This document shows positions 13,701-25,815 of a stretch of 64,000 bases of DNA, piece by piece. Origin of the DNA: Tubiluchus corallicola (taxonomy: Eukaryota; Animalia; Priapulida). Below the pieces are notes generated by a model. It worked only from the letters and a program-made list of their open reading frames with translations. It had not been told where the DNA came from and searched no databases. Every line of letters starts with the position of its first letter. The stretch's first letter is position 1. Location of the stretch: positions 62,001 to 126,000 of the forward strand of contig JAQGDQ010000482.1 in the NCBI GenBank assembly GCA_030141605.1. The letters are read 5' to 3'. The position numbers were made by a program, and so were the translations under genes.

Positions 13701-14770
13701 CGCATTTTATCAACGATTCGGAAATCTTTAAACTGTATTGGAATTCGATTCGAATTTGACCGCATTTTATCTGCGATTCGAAAATCTTTAAGCTGTATTG
13801 GAATTCGTTTCAGATTTTAAAATGTGAAATTCGGTTCGATTTGAGTTTGAAAGTCACAAGTTCAGTTCGATTCGAATTTGCTTTCTGATAGAGAATGTTC
13901 ACCCCTAGTGGTGTCACGATGTTTGTCTGATCCATGGTTTTCAGTGAAAGTTACTGGAATTTTTGTGATATTTTCCCTTACGATTTCTCTCGACACTGAA
14001 ACTGATTCTCAGTGATAAGTAAGAATGCAAATTCATTAAAGGAAGACCGGACGATTGTTTAGACTGGATCTCATTTTAATATACTGTCCAAAATATACAT
14101 CTTCTTGCCTATAAAAGTTAACAGTTGTTCCTTGTATTTTAATAATTAGCTTAGAAAGTTAATTAATGGCAACTGAGCACAGGTATTGCTTACGTCATAA
14201 ACTAACCACAGTTTGTGCAATGGTATGTATCTTCCCTTGTGCGTCAAGCACGTTTGTGTAAGTGTTACTGCTTAAACGCATGATGTCACGAAAATGGGCT
14301 CTACATCATATGACATCAGAAACTAACACTGCAGTTCATGATCATGCTTATCACGGTACCGTCTTCTATTTGTCGGCCACGTGAATGTGAGAAAAAGGGC
14401 GCTACCAATCTTAGTAGATTCACTGAGCCGTGCTTAGCTTTGAAAGTTTAAGAAAATTTGAGTATCCGAGGTGATTATTATTTAATCTAAGCTTTGATTT
14501 AAAATAAGCCGTTGTAGTTTTCAATATTTTAGAGCATTCTTTATTCTGAACTAATGTTTACACAATCGTCCGGTTTTCCTTTAATGATATGTTGCTCTGG
14601 TCTCGCATTTCAATGTGTGTCTTTATTTTTTTCAGTACATGAGAGCCATGACTAAATTAATGAATGAACTATGGTGTCCGAACCCACTAGCCAGGCTCAC
14701 GGCGTTACGAACAAAGAAGACACTAGCTCGTATGATGAGCGACGAACTCAAGATCACTATACAGTCTTAG
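4580..14770 (+). CDS. BMPR1: BMP type I receptor (BMPR1/ALK3-6/thickveins class), 5'-partial; exons 4580-4764, 5296-5416, 6005-6110, 7359-7494, 8281-8473, 9759-10056, 10690-10865, 11978-12108, 14636-14770
   Basis: All exons have AG/GT boundaries with consistent phases (1481 nt, starting phase 1, ending TAG at 14768-14770). Cys-rich activin-receptor ectodomain ending CCDNVDFCN; TM helix [23 protein letters not shown]; GS box [20 protein letters not shown]; kinase motifs [40 protein letters not shown]; L45 loop DIKGTGSW is diagnostic of the BMPR1A/1B/Tkv subgroup. Signal-peptide exon not identified. Confidence 0.96.
4792..5183 (-). mobile_element. Kolobok-like non-autonomous element fragment (family A)
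   Basis: Reverse complement of about 14220-14584; begins ttaaaagaaaaccggacgattg. Confidence 0.8.
5421..5880. repeat. Interspersed repeat; inverted copies at about 61020-61300 and 42480-42560
   Basis: cttaaaacttgcctagttttagtacagcacac and tgggctcgcctgccgttaattaag match the reverse complement of 61125-61298; cagtgccatctctagtcaggattaataataatt matches the reverse complement of 42487-42519. Confidence 0.75.
6589..6847. repeat. 128-bp tandem duplication (intronic)
   Basis: gccattatctttctgca...gaatttataaaattg occurs at 6589 and 6717. Confidence 0.9.
7732..7776. repeat. (TA)n microsatellite
   Basis: Visible run; a shorter one lies at 35132-35153. Confidence 0.95.
9069..9727. repeat. 219-bp tandem triplication (intronic)
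   Basis: atcttc(c/a)caacaa..tattcatgttaacaaagac starts at 9071, 9290 and 9509; ends about 30 nt before the acceptor at 9758. Confidence 0.92.
11213..11599 (+). mobile_element. pogo/Tc1-like MITE (CAGTCAACCT termini, TA flanks)
   Basis: Ends ta-aagtcaacct ... gaggttgactg-ta with subterminal tataagggac repeats; near-colinear with 38024-38485. Confidence 0.85.
12403..13907 (+). mobile_element. TIR element (TAGGGGTGAGCAT termini, hAT-like) containing an expanded 60-bp minisatellite
   Basis: taggggtgagcat at 12403 and atgttcaccccta at 13895-13907; flanks of the array are homologous to the short copy at 16423-16817. Confidence 0.8.
12618..13810. repeat. 60-bp minisatellite, 20 units, with a 360-bp higher-order duplication
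   Basis: Unit cgcattttatcaacgattcgaaaatctttaaactgtattgcaattcgattcgaatttgac; 12781-13140 is repeated as 13141-13500 including diagnostic variants. Confidence 0.97.
14040..14580 (+). mobile_element. Complete Kolobok-like MITE (family A) with TTAA TSD
   Basis: TTAA|aggaagaccggacgattg ... caatcgtccggttttcct|TTAA. TTAA TSD with AG..CT termini is the Kolobok signature. Confidence 0.85.
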
Positions 14771-16074
14771 TAATGACTAGCGGAAACTATTGACTAGAAA
14801 TAACTAGTCAGGACTAGTACAGACATTCTTTACTAAAGTTACAGACAGCAAGGATGAACTTTGAGAACCATCCAGTGATGGTGCTTGGCCTAGCAACGGT
14901 TGTGCTTGTGCTCACTTTGAGAAAAAGACATTTTCACAACAAACCAAAAACTTATTAGTGTTCACGTTGTGTGTAATTATGTTACTGGTGCTTAATTACT
15001 TGTTTTCATTGAATCCTGTCTCTACCGTTGTAGCAAGAATTGGTTCCTTTTCTTGACCGTCGTCCACCACGCTTCTCTGGCTGTGCTGTGCTACAGCTTT
15101 TGTAGCGTAACTCTATCCGTAGTCGTTACAATTTCAGCTGTTTCCCTGTTGAAGTTGAATTTTCTCATTTGAATTGTATCTCACGCATAACGAACAAAGA
15201 AGATGTTAGACGGTAGGTGGCGCATTTCTAGCTTTGTGCTGCTCTAGCAGGGATGTTGCGAACTCTTTTTCTTTTTCTTGTTTTTAGAACTGCGGTCATT
15301 GTTTGCACTTAGCAACGGAAGTTCAACAATGCAAAGCTTAGTCAGTAAGTGGATTGATGAACATGCGGAAAACTGCTTTTTGGCAGTTTTGACTGCCATA
15401 CCGCCCTGGCTATGTCACCTTTTCGTATGTGAACACGGCTGACACCTGCCAGTATCCCGCTTACGAAAATTATCTGTTCATATATTTTCTTTCCATGGTG
15501 AAATATTTGAATTGGAGCGTGCACACAATTTAAACCACCTTATTTTTTACACTTTTTAAATTGCACTCGTTTAATGCAGAAGGCTTCAAACGTAACTTAC
15601 CTGTATCAAACAAATACCTGTCTCGAAAGAAATCCACGTCTTAAAATGGACAAAGTTACACTTTATATATAATTATTTTACCTTGATGCAGCTGTTTCTT
15701 TTATAATGTTATTTTATTGTTAGTGCCACTTAGTGTAAATATGTAAGATGATTTTATATCTTTACAATTGTATTTTAATTTCTACTTTTAACGTGTATAA
15801 AGAGGCTTGACGCATTGCTGTTTATGCTGTTTGTAAATATTGTACTCTGTTCTTAGAACAATGAATGTTTATATTTGTGTGCGGCAGTGTAGAATAGTTA
15901 TGTGTTTATGTGTGCAGTACGTTGCAACACTGAGACAGTGTACACAATAATGTATTGTTTGGTTCATACAGTGTTGGATGAGTGTACGGTGCAGTACCGT
16001 ACGTGCGCATTCTCAGCAACACAAATCGTGCAACATGTATGTACAACATTGTGTAGGAAACCGAAATATGTGGG

Positions 16075-16367
16075 CTCGGGCGTAGCCAGGTTTTAAACAT
16101 GGGGAAAGCAAACACAGAAGAAAGGTGCAGTGGCACATAGCAAGCAAACATTCTAATTTGGTGTTTAAAATCGAAACACGATGAAGATACAGTTGTAAAA
16201 GAAATACATAAATGCAATGACTTCAGAAATTTCTTCCAAGAAAATGAAAAAAGATTCGACTTTTATTGCAGAAGTGAATTAAAGAGTTAAATAAAGGCAC
16301 CAGATCTTTGAAAATGTGCTCAGGGGGAGTGGTTCCTCCCCTTGCTCCCCTATTGGCTACGTCACTG
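16075..16367. mobile_element. hAT-like MITE (CAGTGGCGTAGCC-type termini)
   Basis: ctcgggcgtagcca ... tggctacgtcactg; flanking 8-mers tatgtggg / cgcgtggg resemble a decayed TSD. Confidence 0.55.
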
Positions 16368-16422
16368 CGCGTGGGTTTTAAGCTGAGATATTTTTTATGC
16401 TTAACCTTAATATAATGCGAAT

Positions 16423-16817
16423 TAGGGGTAAGCATCAAATGCTAGAATTCGATTTGAATGAGTTTTTTAAATTCAAAATCGATACGAATCAAAATTATAA
16501 ATTTGAATAATTCAGCACTTCAACAGTATGTGTTCTTTATCATTATAACGTTTTTTAACGTCATGCGATCAGCACAGTTTGCCTGCGATGTTTTAGAACA
16601 TTTTTTAAATAAATTATTAGTGTTTTTACTGCAGAACAAAATCAAGTAATGCTCATGATTTCTGCGAGACTGCTTTTTATTAGTGATTCGAAAATTTATT
16701 CAAAAATGTTTAAAATGAATTCGACATGATTTGAAAATCTCGAAATCAGTTTGGTTCGAAACGTCACAAATTAGATTCGATTCAAATTTGCTTTCCGGTG
16801 GAGAATGCTCACCCTTA
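16423..16817 (+). mobile_element. Unexpanded 395-bp copy of the TAGGGGTGAGCAT element
   Basis: taggggtaagcat ... atgctcaccctta; internal blocks (gttctttatcatt, tgcagaacaaaatcaa, atgatttctg, aatttgcttt) colinear with 12403-12650 and 13810-13907. Confidence 0.8.
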
Positions 16818-18199
16818 CTAGAAATGTAACAAGGGTAAAATTACTGTAAATTTGACAGTAAATTACTCACGTTTGGAACTCACGAGATGCTTTCTGTATG
16901 CACTTTTTATGACACACCAGTCTTTGAAGTCTTGCATAATGTACTTCTAAAAGTCTTTGACGACATACTAGAAGTTTCGGCTGCGCATGGTTAGTATACA
17001 TGCTGAGAAAAGCATGTACACCACATTGTATTAAACAATATTTGCCCATCCAGCTGTAGACTGTGCACAAGGTTCCCCCGTAGGTTAGCTGTGAATTGTA
17101 TGTATAACAGCGCATATAACCCTTGTAAATCTAGTTTTCGGTATGGTGCTGAAATAGCTGTTTTGTAGTTGTAGGATTTCACATCTCAGAGAAACGAACA
17201 CGGTATTGATCGTTCGTTGTAGTAGAATAAACATTTTCCCAGTTCCAGTGATCGATGATGATCGTGTAAAGGTCAAAGGTTAAGTACACCAGATACCACA
17301 TTTGTGTGCACTTAACAACGCCTCACAACCCATGCTTTTGTAATAGTAAATTTTAACAGCTAGCTAGGACCTTACCTTGTTTATTTTTTCTTGTTCCCAA
17401 GCAAAAGCCTGCTAGTAAATCACTATATACACAGACTAATGCATAATTAAGTAAAGACTATGTAAAACAACAAAAGTTACTAAACTGGCACGGCAGACGG
17501 CTTTGCTTTACCCAGATGTCACGTGACGGTTGTAATTAAGACTTGTTGCTGTGGTACACGTAACCTTTGACCTACAGCAACTGCGCGTTCGCACAACAAA
17601 AAGCCTTATCGTCTGAAACTATATTATCATTTCCTTCTCAAACACTAAATATTTCTTGCTCAAGTAATTATGATCTGAATTTGTTACTGATAAGCAAAAT
17701 CGTGTTTTCAGAAACTTGTTATGCACAAGGCAAAATGTATTCCTCAGTTCTCAATATATTTATCGATAATGTAACATCGATGCATTCTTACGATATGCTA
17801 AATCATCGAGCCTGAATTTATCAACTATGTATAATTATGTATTATAGTTATTGTTTAAACTTCCCTTCTAGTTATGAGGCTTTAATCAAAATAAACAAAA
17901 TGTATAAAATTTATATAATAAATAAAATAATGATAACCATTATTACCTGTTATTACGTATCGTGTTGCTTTTGTATTTTAGCAAATAATAGTACTAGATG
18001 TTGGTGCATCGGCATTCGTACATACATTAATGTAGTAGGTTATGAAATGTGTCAATCATTTTACAATAGTTATCAGAGTTAGAAAGGAACTTAGTTTGTG
18101 GTATGAAGTTAAGTTGGAGCTAGTTCAGTTTCACGGACTTGCAGCTTAAAAAAGTTAATGGAAATATGAACTTCAATTAGTCGAGTCTAACTCTATTTT

Positions 18200-18605
18200 G
18201 TCACATTAAAATGTAGAACTAAAACAAATTCCTTTTCTAAATGATCAAAAGAACTAGGAACTTAGCTTAAGTTCCTTTTCTCACGCAGGAACTTGTAATT
18301 TAGAACTAAAACTACTTCCTTTTCTAAAATGTCAGAGTCAAAGGAAGTTAGGAAACTTGGATTAGTTCGTTTTCTCGTGGAGGAACTTGGAATTTAGAAC
18401 TAAAACTATTTCCTTTTCTAAAAAGTAAGAGTCAAAGGAAGTTAGGAAACTTGGATTAGTTCCTTTCCTCATGGAGGAACTTGGAATTTAGAACTAAAAC
18501 TAGTTCCATTTCTGAAAAGTTGAGTCAAAGGAAGTAGAAACTTGGATTAGTTCCTTTTATTACAGAAAAACTTTTGTGTATGTATATATGAAATTAGTTC
18601 CTAAA
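18200..18605. repeat. About 94-bp tandem repeat, about 4 units
   Basis: gaactaaaacta...ccttttctaaaa...gtcaaaggaagttaggaaacttggattagttc recurs near 18216, 18304, 18397 and 18491. Confidence 0.85.
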
Positions 18606-19220
18606 ATTGAGAAAATTTTACAGTGCTGCACAGAATTGAGCACTTTAAGGGTTTTTGATGTCTGAAGTTTTAAAAACCAGAAGACTCTGGGTTAGTTGTC
18701 TTTGAAAATCATTTTCAATCTCCATTTGACCAAACAAGCTCTGAAAGTTTCTGAAAAAAATGTAGATTACATAGTGACATTGTAAGCGTGGGCCAGGACT
18801 TTACATTTAACAGGCATCAAATGGCTTGTGGTGTAAATTTCTTTGTCTAAATGGTCTGAGCCGCTCTGTGGTCTAATTATGGCAGAAGGTTTTGGGTTTG
18901 AGTCCCAGTGAAGGTGCAAAATTCTTTAGATTTTCTAATTTGGAACTGCAATAATATGATTTGAACGAGACTCTTAGAAGGACTCGGATTTTTAATCTTA
19001 AACGACTTGACAGCGTGGTTGTAAATAAAGTGTTTTGCAACAATGGGAAGAGTTTTTAACGCCTGCTTGACCATTTGGTTGTTTCTTTGGCTAAAGTTTA
19101 CGATTTCCTGCACACAAGAAATTAGTTTGTGAAGCGGATTCCTTTAAGTTTTCAAGTTTTGACAAGATTTAACGTAACATGTTACATCTTGCTAGATCAT
19201 GTATCATCATGACAATTAAC

Positions 19221-19885
19221 AGATTGGATTACATCAGATTAGTTAAGACTAGATTAGATTAGGTGATATTAGATTACATTGGATTAGATTACCTTAGATT
19301 ATGTAAGATTAGATTACGTTAGATTTTGTTAAATTAGAATTGATTACATTAGATTATGTGATTGTTGATTAGATTATGTAAGATTAGATTAGATTATATA
19401 AGATTAGATTGGATTAGATTAGATTAGAATACATTACACTATATTAGATTAGGTGATATTATATTATATTGGATTAGATTACCTTAGATTATGTGAGATT
19501 AGATTAGATTGGATTAGAAAACATTACACTATATTAGATTAGGTGATATTATAATATATTGGATTAGATTAAATGGGATTAGATTACCTTAGATTAAGTG
19601 AGATTAGATTTTGTTAGATTAGAATTGATTACATTAGATTAGGTGATGCTAGATTAGATTACGTAAGATTAGATTGGATCAGATTAGATTAGAATACATT
19701 ACACTATATTAGATTAGGTGATATTAGATTATATTGGGTTAGATTAAATTGGATTAGATTACATTAGATTATGTGAGATTAGATTAGAATTGATTACATT
19801 AGATTAGATGATGCTAGATTAGATTATGTAAGATCAGAGTGGATTATATTAGATTACTATATATTATATTATAATAGATTGGGTC
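19221..19885. repeat. Degenerate (AGATT)n pentamer satellite
   Basis: Continuous agatt variants with repeated marker blocks (acattacactatattagattaggtgatatt x3). Confidence 0.95.
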
Positions 19886-22444
19886 AATTTACATTACGTT
19901 CATGATTCAGGTATGGATGTACGTGAGTGCAACAAGTTTCTCAGACAAAGTTTAAAATGTACAACATCTACAAGAAGACCTAGGGAGATTGCAACACAGC
20001 GCCCTGTGCCTATAGACGAGAGAGCTCACAAAGGGCTTGCGTCAGGGTTAAGCTAAGAGTTAATGTTTGTACCAGACATCCTGAATTCGTTATTGCGTTT
20101 TACTTTAATTTGTGGATACGCAACAACACATAACGCATTGCAGATGTCTGATAAAATTGTAAACGTTGTTTAAGTACGTCTATGTAGTATATGGTTTGAT
20201 TGGTTAATTAGATTATTTTGCGATTTTGCTTATCGCTGTACGCATCACACCATTGTAAGGTATACATATAAGTCATACAAAACTACAAGACGAACGTTTT
20301 AGCTTTAGAATTCTGTGTTCTTGTCCTTTAAATAACTCGAAAATGTGTAAAAGCGTTTTTCTCAAAAACTGTACAGATATGATTTGCGTTGTTACAATAG
20401 TTTAGATTTCCTAGTTTGTATATTTCGAGTTGTAAGAACTCTAGCTCCAGCTGTCTAGTGCCTGGGCTCGCAGACCTGTTTCTTTGTAGCCGCATTCCTC
20501 AGTAACCACAAGGGAAAAAACCTGGCAAACAGGAACGTGAGAATTTGGCAGCCAGCCAAGAGACGCTTTTTGCCCTCTGTCAGCTAGGTAGGGCATGGAT
20601 GGATTAACTAGCTTTTTACTTCCTAGTACAGATCTCTGTACAATCCCATGTGACTGTAGGTACAGCGAGTGAGCTCCAGTCATCTGTGACAATACTCACT
20701 TGAACAGTAGCCATTGTGGTGGTCAGGCGTTCATTATTCGTTGTCAAGTTTTGTTGAAGTTACACTTGATGTTCAATCGTTTAACTTGCAGCAGTTTGTG
20801 AGTTTTTCTTCAACGAGAACTAAACAGGAAGAAAGACTGTGGATTTTGCAGTTTGCAAAGATTTAATTGAGGAAATTTCACGTAAGTTCATGACTGAAAA
20901 TAGTATTGTTTTTACCTACAGTAAGTAGCTAAAGAATCTAGCATACACGTCAAATTATAGGCCTTACAATAATACTAACTAAGTCATTTCTCGAAAAGTA
21001 AACCGCGTGTGGACTAATTATGCTAAATTCATTGTCTTTTAATTGCAAATTTGCTAAATTTACTGTTAGTGATGGAATAAAGTTAATCTTTTTGGAACCA
21101 AACGTGACGCAGAGACGGGCACTCTATCCGTACGTACATGTGTAAATGAAACGTTTATTAACATGACGGCTATGGAAATTAAAATCTAACTGTGTCGCGC
21201 TTAGTTGTTAATAATAATGGCGAATAATAATAATTGTTATGAAAAATGACTTGGCTATTTCAGCATGAACACACTTCTCAAAACAAAAATGCTTAACACT
21301 GCTTGTTGTAATTTAATTATTATTCAGGTTAAAATGAATTTTATACGATCGAATGCATCAAAAATTGGGTCAAATATCAATTTTTTGTTTTATAAAAACA
21401 ACTGGTAAACTTAATGGACTTTTACATATTGTATTAATAGTATTATTTCATAAACTTATTCTGCCATGAGTGAAACTCGGGCTGATCAATCATCGTATCG
21501 TATTCGCAGCGCAGATAGAAATCATTTAGAAATCGGTGATCTATCGTAGAAAATCAAGCGGGACCTGAATTCTAATAGAGTGCCAAAAAACAAATATGTA
21601 AAAACATTTGAACCGGTGGCCTTTGAGATGCCGAGCTTATAACTCAAAGGTTTGTTGTTCAGATCCAGGCTAAACCCATTTTTTACGTTTCATTCAAAAT
21701 TAAAATTTATACTACATTCAGAAATTAAATAAATTGTGTGCTTGTTTATTCAATAGATAACACTAATCAAGCTAATTTGCAATTAATAAAAAAATCTACG
21801 TAAATCGGTAGGAATCAAATTCTGCATTATTTTATTTTTTCTGTTTCTAGCGTTTGTTCCACTGAGCTGCACTCGAGAATTCATCATGCGTGAGGAATCA
21901 GCTTCTGTTTATTCGATTACAAGTTGTATTTCATCAGTGCAAATATTTCTTTCATTTCGCCAGCAGCCAGTCAGGTTTGTTTGTCATTCAGCGCCTGTTT
22001 TTGTTATTGTTTATTTTTCTTGACTCCCACAAACAACTGCGCGTAACATCTAGGGCAAGTATATCTCGCGTTAATGCATACAGTCTCACAAAGAATGTTG
22101 GAGAGAATTTCTTTTTTCCATAAAAATTTTCTGGTTGACTGATCTGATAGGTTGACTGATTAACAAGTTGACTGCCTGACTAACATGTTAGGTATGACAA
22201 TGATTAAGTTGACTGACTTCGATAACTTTTAATTTTCATCACGTAGCCTAGTTTAATTCTTTGCACTCAGTTATTTTTACTTTCTGACTGACCGACATAC
22301 TTACTAATTAATCGACCTTTTCAATGACAAGTCGACTTACTGGCTGATTTACTGAACGATTACTGGCTGATGTTAGCCTGAGTTAAAATTTATTAGGCGA
22401 CAGAGTGCCTCTAATTGATTGTCAATTATTCTATGGAAACACTA

Positions 22445-23196
22445 GGTGCTCACCCTCCCCGGCCATGCTGCCAGTAATTTGGTAGCTGGGTGCCCACTCT
22501 CCCCAAGTCCCCAGTAATTTGGTAACTGGGTACCCAACCTTCCCAAGTCCCAGGAATTTGGTACCTGAGTGGCTAAGTCCCCAGTAATTTGGTACCTGGG
22601 TGCCCACCCTCCCCAAGTCCCCAGTAATTTTGTAACTGGGTGCTCACCCTCCCAAAGTCCTCAGTAATTTGGTAGCTGGGTGCCCACCCTCCCCAAGTCC
22701 CTAGTAATTTGGTAGCTGGGTGCCCACTCTCCCCAAGTCCCTAGTAATTTGGTAGCTGGGTGCCCACCCTCCCCAAGTCCCTAGTAATTTGGTAACTGGG
22801 TGCCCACCCTCCCCAAGTCCCTAGTAATTTGGTAGCTGGGTGCCCACCCTCCCCAAGTCCCTAGTAATTTGGTAACTGGGTGACCACCCTCCCGAAGTCC
22901 CCAGTAATTTGGTAACTGGGTGCCCACCCTCCCGAAGTCCCTAGTAATTTGGTAACTGGGTGCCCACCCTCCCCAAGTCCCTAGTAATTTGGTAGCTGGG
23001 TGCCCACTCTCCCCAAGTCCCCAGTAATTTGGTAACTGGGTGCCCACCCTCCCCAAGTCCCTAGTAATTTGGTAACTGGGTGCCTACCCCTCCCGAGTCC
23101 TCAGTAATTTGGTAGCTGGGTGCCTACCCTATCCAAGTCCCCAGTAATTTGGTAACTGGGTGCCTACCCTCCCCAAGTCCCTAGTAATTTGGTAGC
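22445..23196. repeat. 40-bp C-rich minisatellite, about 18 units
   Basis: Unit ctagtaatttggta(a/g)ctgggtgcccaccctccccaagtcc. Confidence 0.97.
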
Positions 23197-25359
23197 CCAG
23201 CTTTGCTTTTCACACGTCATCACTCGTACGTGCTTTTCCTCCAGTAAAAACTTTGATTTCATTGAATCATAACCATCATAAATCTGTCTACAGTGACATG
23301 TGCCTGACAGCTGCTCTTCCAACAACACCCCCACTAAATCTACAGCCCAAACATCTGGGTAGCAAAATTCATCTACAAAATAACAACCTCATTAAAGAGG
23401 CTCGCGTGACACAGTAGCACCCGCGGTTGCGGAGTTAAAATTCATCAGTCACGTCAAGTTTAAAATTTCGCAACGTCTTAAAATGCAGTAATAAAATCAA
23501 TAATGGAGTTTAGTTTACACTATAATGTACAATTTGTAAGGAAAAGCCTTAAGAATTTTGTAGCTTTTTAAATGTTACCGTTGTAAGATGATTATTAATT
23601 ACATGTATTAATCTTACTGGTCGCTTGGGTCAATTAATTTTTCTTGTAAAATAGTTATTTTCTATGTTCAAGACTTATATTTGGAATTTGTTTTGAAGTT
23701 TCAATTCAGTACTGATGCATTAGCATTAGAACCAGGATATAATGTCTAGTATGTTTTACATTTTCTTTTATGTAATGCAAAGATGTAAATAACTTCTGTT
23801 CTTAAATTAGTATAATTATCTACCTCAACATCTTCTGTTTGTTGTTTTTCGCTTCGTTTTCTTTGTTTTGTTTTATAACGAATTTCATTATAAGGAACTT
23901 CTGTTTCTTCATGTTGTATGTGACATTGCTCTCTGTAATAATAGTTTAATCGCAGAAACGGAGTTCAAAATCGCGTAAATAGTCTTTAGCTCTGCCGGAA
24001 ACGGTGTTCACGAGCCCCCGCTGTGGCTTGTGCGCAATACACATTAGCTAGATCCTGTTGGCAATGAGCTGCTTTAGATGCTGCTGTGTGTGTGTGTTGC
24101 AACGAAAGATGCCTTTGGTAAAGTCGTTTTTTTTCACACATTTGTTAGCGTGTTAGGCTCCGTAAATGTTCAGTGGTGCAATTAGGTGATACTAGTGGAT
24201 ACAGTGCAGTACGTGAGATATTAAAATAGCTGTTCTGAGTGGTACATGTCATGGTAATTTATGTTGACAGGCTATACCTCACCTGGGTCGGTGTTTAGTG
24301 TGTGCTCATTGTGTTTGGCACGCGCGCTATTAATGCATATTATGTGTTTCGCTTTCAGAATGAGTTATCATAATTCATGATTAAACTGTTGAATTGCTCA
24401 CTGTAATGTGTTTTGTAGTCTGTACTGTTGGCTTAATCCATCGTGGAGTGAACCGTAATTAAGCTAAGTGGTCTAAATTATGCTAAACTTGTAAAAGGAT
24501 TGAACTTTAACTATTGCTATAGTCTAGTTGAATTAAGGTCTATAAAGAGAAACCACTACTACTATTTAGTAATGACTGTAGGGTTGTAGCATGTACAACT
24601 AAACCAGGCTTTACATACATATTAATTATAATGTAAAATTACTAAATCGAAAATTCGTTATTGAAAATTCGCAGGTTATCAGTAAATTATCTTTACATTA
24701 TAATTTAAGTTATTTCTTGTTTATAAATCCATTTCTTTTAACTTATAGCTGCATTTATGTATTGCTACTTGCAAAATATAAAAATCTAGTAAATGTGTAT
24801 TATTTATGATCTTAAAATGAATAGTATTAATTAGCTATAGTCATTAGAAAAATCTACAGCTAAATTGTATTGGTAGCCAAAGTATTTAGCCTGGTAGTCA
24901 TGACGTGGAGCCTTTAGCCTAATCGAGAAGCGTCTCTGGTTCAAATTTAGACTTGGTCATCATTTTTTCGCATTTTCTTTATTGACCAAATTTGATTTCA
25001 GAAATTGTATAGGATTTGGGTCATCATTCCCTGCGTCGATTCCAGTCGTATTTCGTATCTTGTATAAACTGATTCATCGTCATTAAGTTATCTTTGATGA
25101 TTCATCATATGTGATCCCTAGACTGCAGTAAAAACTGAATTTGATCGTTGCAGATTCCATACCCATAATTACGATAATTACTGAATATCGTGGGTCTATC
25201 TATTATTTGTTTTACTTTTATTTCAATACATAAAAAGTACCATAGAAGTATAAGCAAAGCTTTGTTAAAAATCACAATTAAAATTAATACTATAAAACGC
25301 AAAATCAATATTTACACAAAGAACAGAGAATTAGTAATCTAAATATGCAAAAAAGGGTT

Positions 25360-25815
25360 AAGCAAGTGTAAATTCCCAATGGGAAAAAATATTCGAAGTT
25401 AAAATGCCATCGGTATTAAGATTAAAACTGCGTATGGTTTCATTACTTGAATTTAACACCCGCTCACAAAGACTAAAAATATTTTTACTTAAAATGACTT
25501 TAAAATTACTAACCACTTTGGGCACATATTTTAGATGCTGTGGTGCCTCTACGATAAGCAAAACATTTCTACAATGCAAAATAGTAGAGTGCTTTTCATT
25601 TTCTAATAGTACCTGGATTAAAAGTGATTCCGAGGTTAGAACAGTAAAAAGTTGAACAATAAGATTTAAACAGAACACGTTTGAACACATTAGAGCAGAA
25701 ACTAAAATTTCTGCAAAGAATATTGAATTTAATACGAAAAGGTGCAACTGATTTAAAATATCAACATCGTCTTTACAATTATCGTTAATTATGCGACCAA
25801 GATATTTGACCTCGG
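25360..25815 (-). mobile_element. Degraded non-LTR retrotransposon ORF2 C-terminal remnant (CR1/L2-group-like)
   Basis: Minus strand reads EVKYLGRIINDNCKDDVDILNQL, then after a frameshift FRIKFNILCRNFSFCSNVFKRVLFKSYCSTFYCSNL, the post-RT KYLG..DD.DI..Q / LFKSYC signature of LINE ORF2. Confidence 0.75.

Noticed and set aside
12524-13765. 413-aa repetitive ORF on the minus strand
   Set aside because: By-product of a stop-free frame in the 60-bp minisatellite inside an intronic MITE; no domain or splice context.
22445-23196. CRISPR-like appearance of regularly spaced repeats (also 12618-13810, 34060-34750, 40645-41188)
   Set aside because: Head-to-tail units with no unique spacers, no cas genes, and a eukaryotic intronic context.
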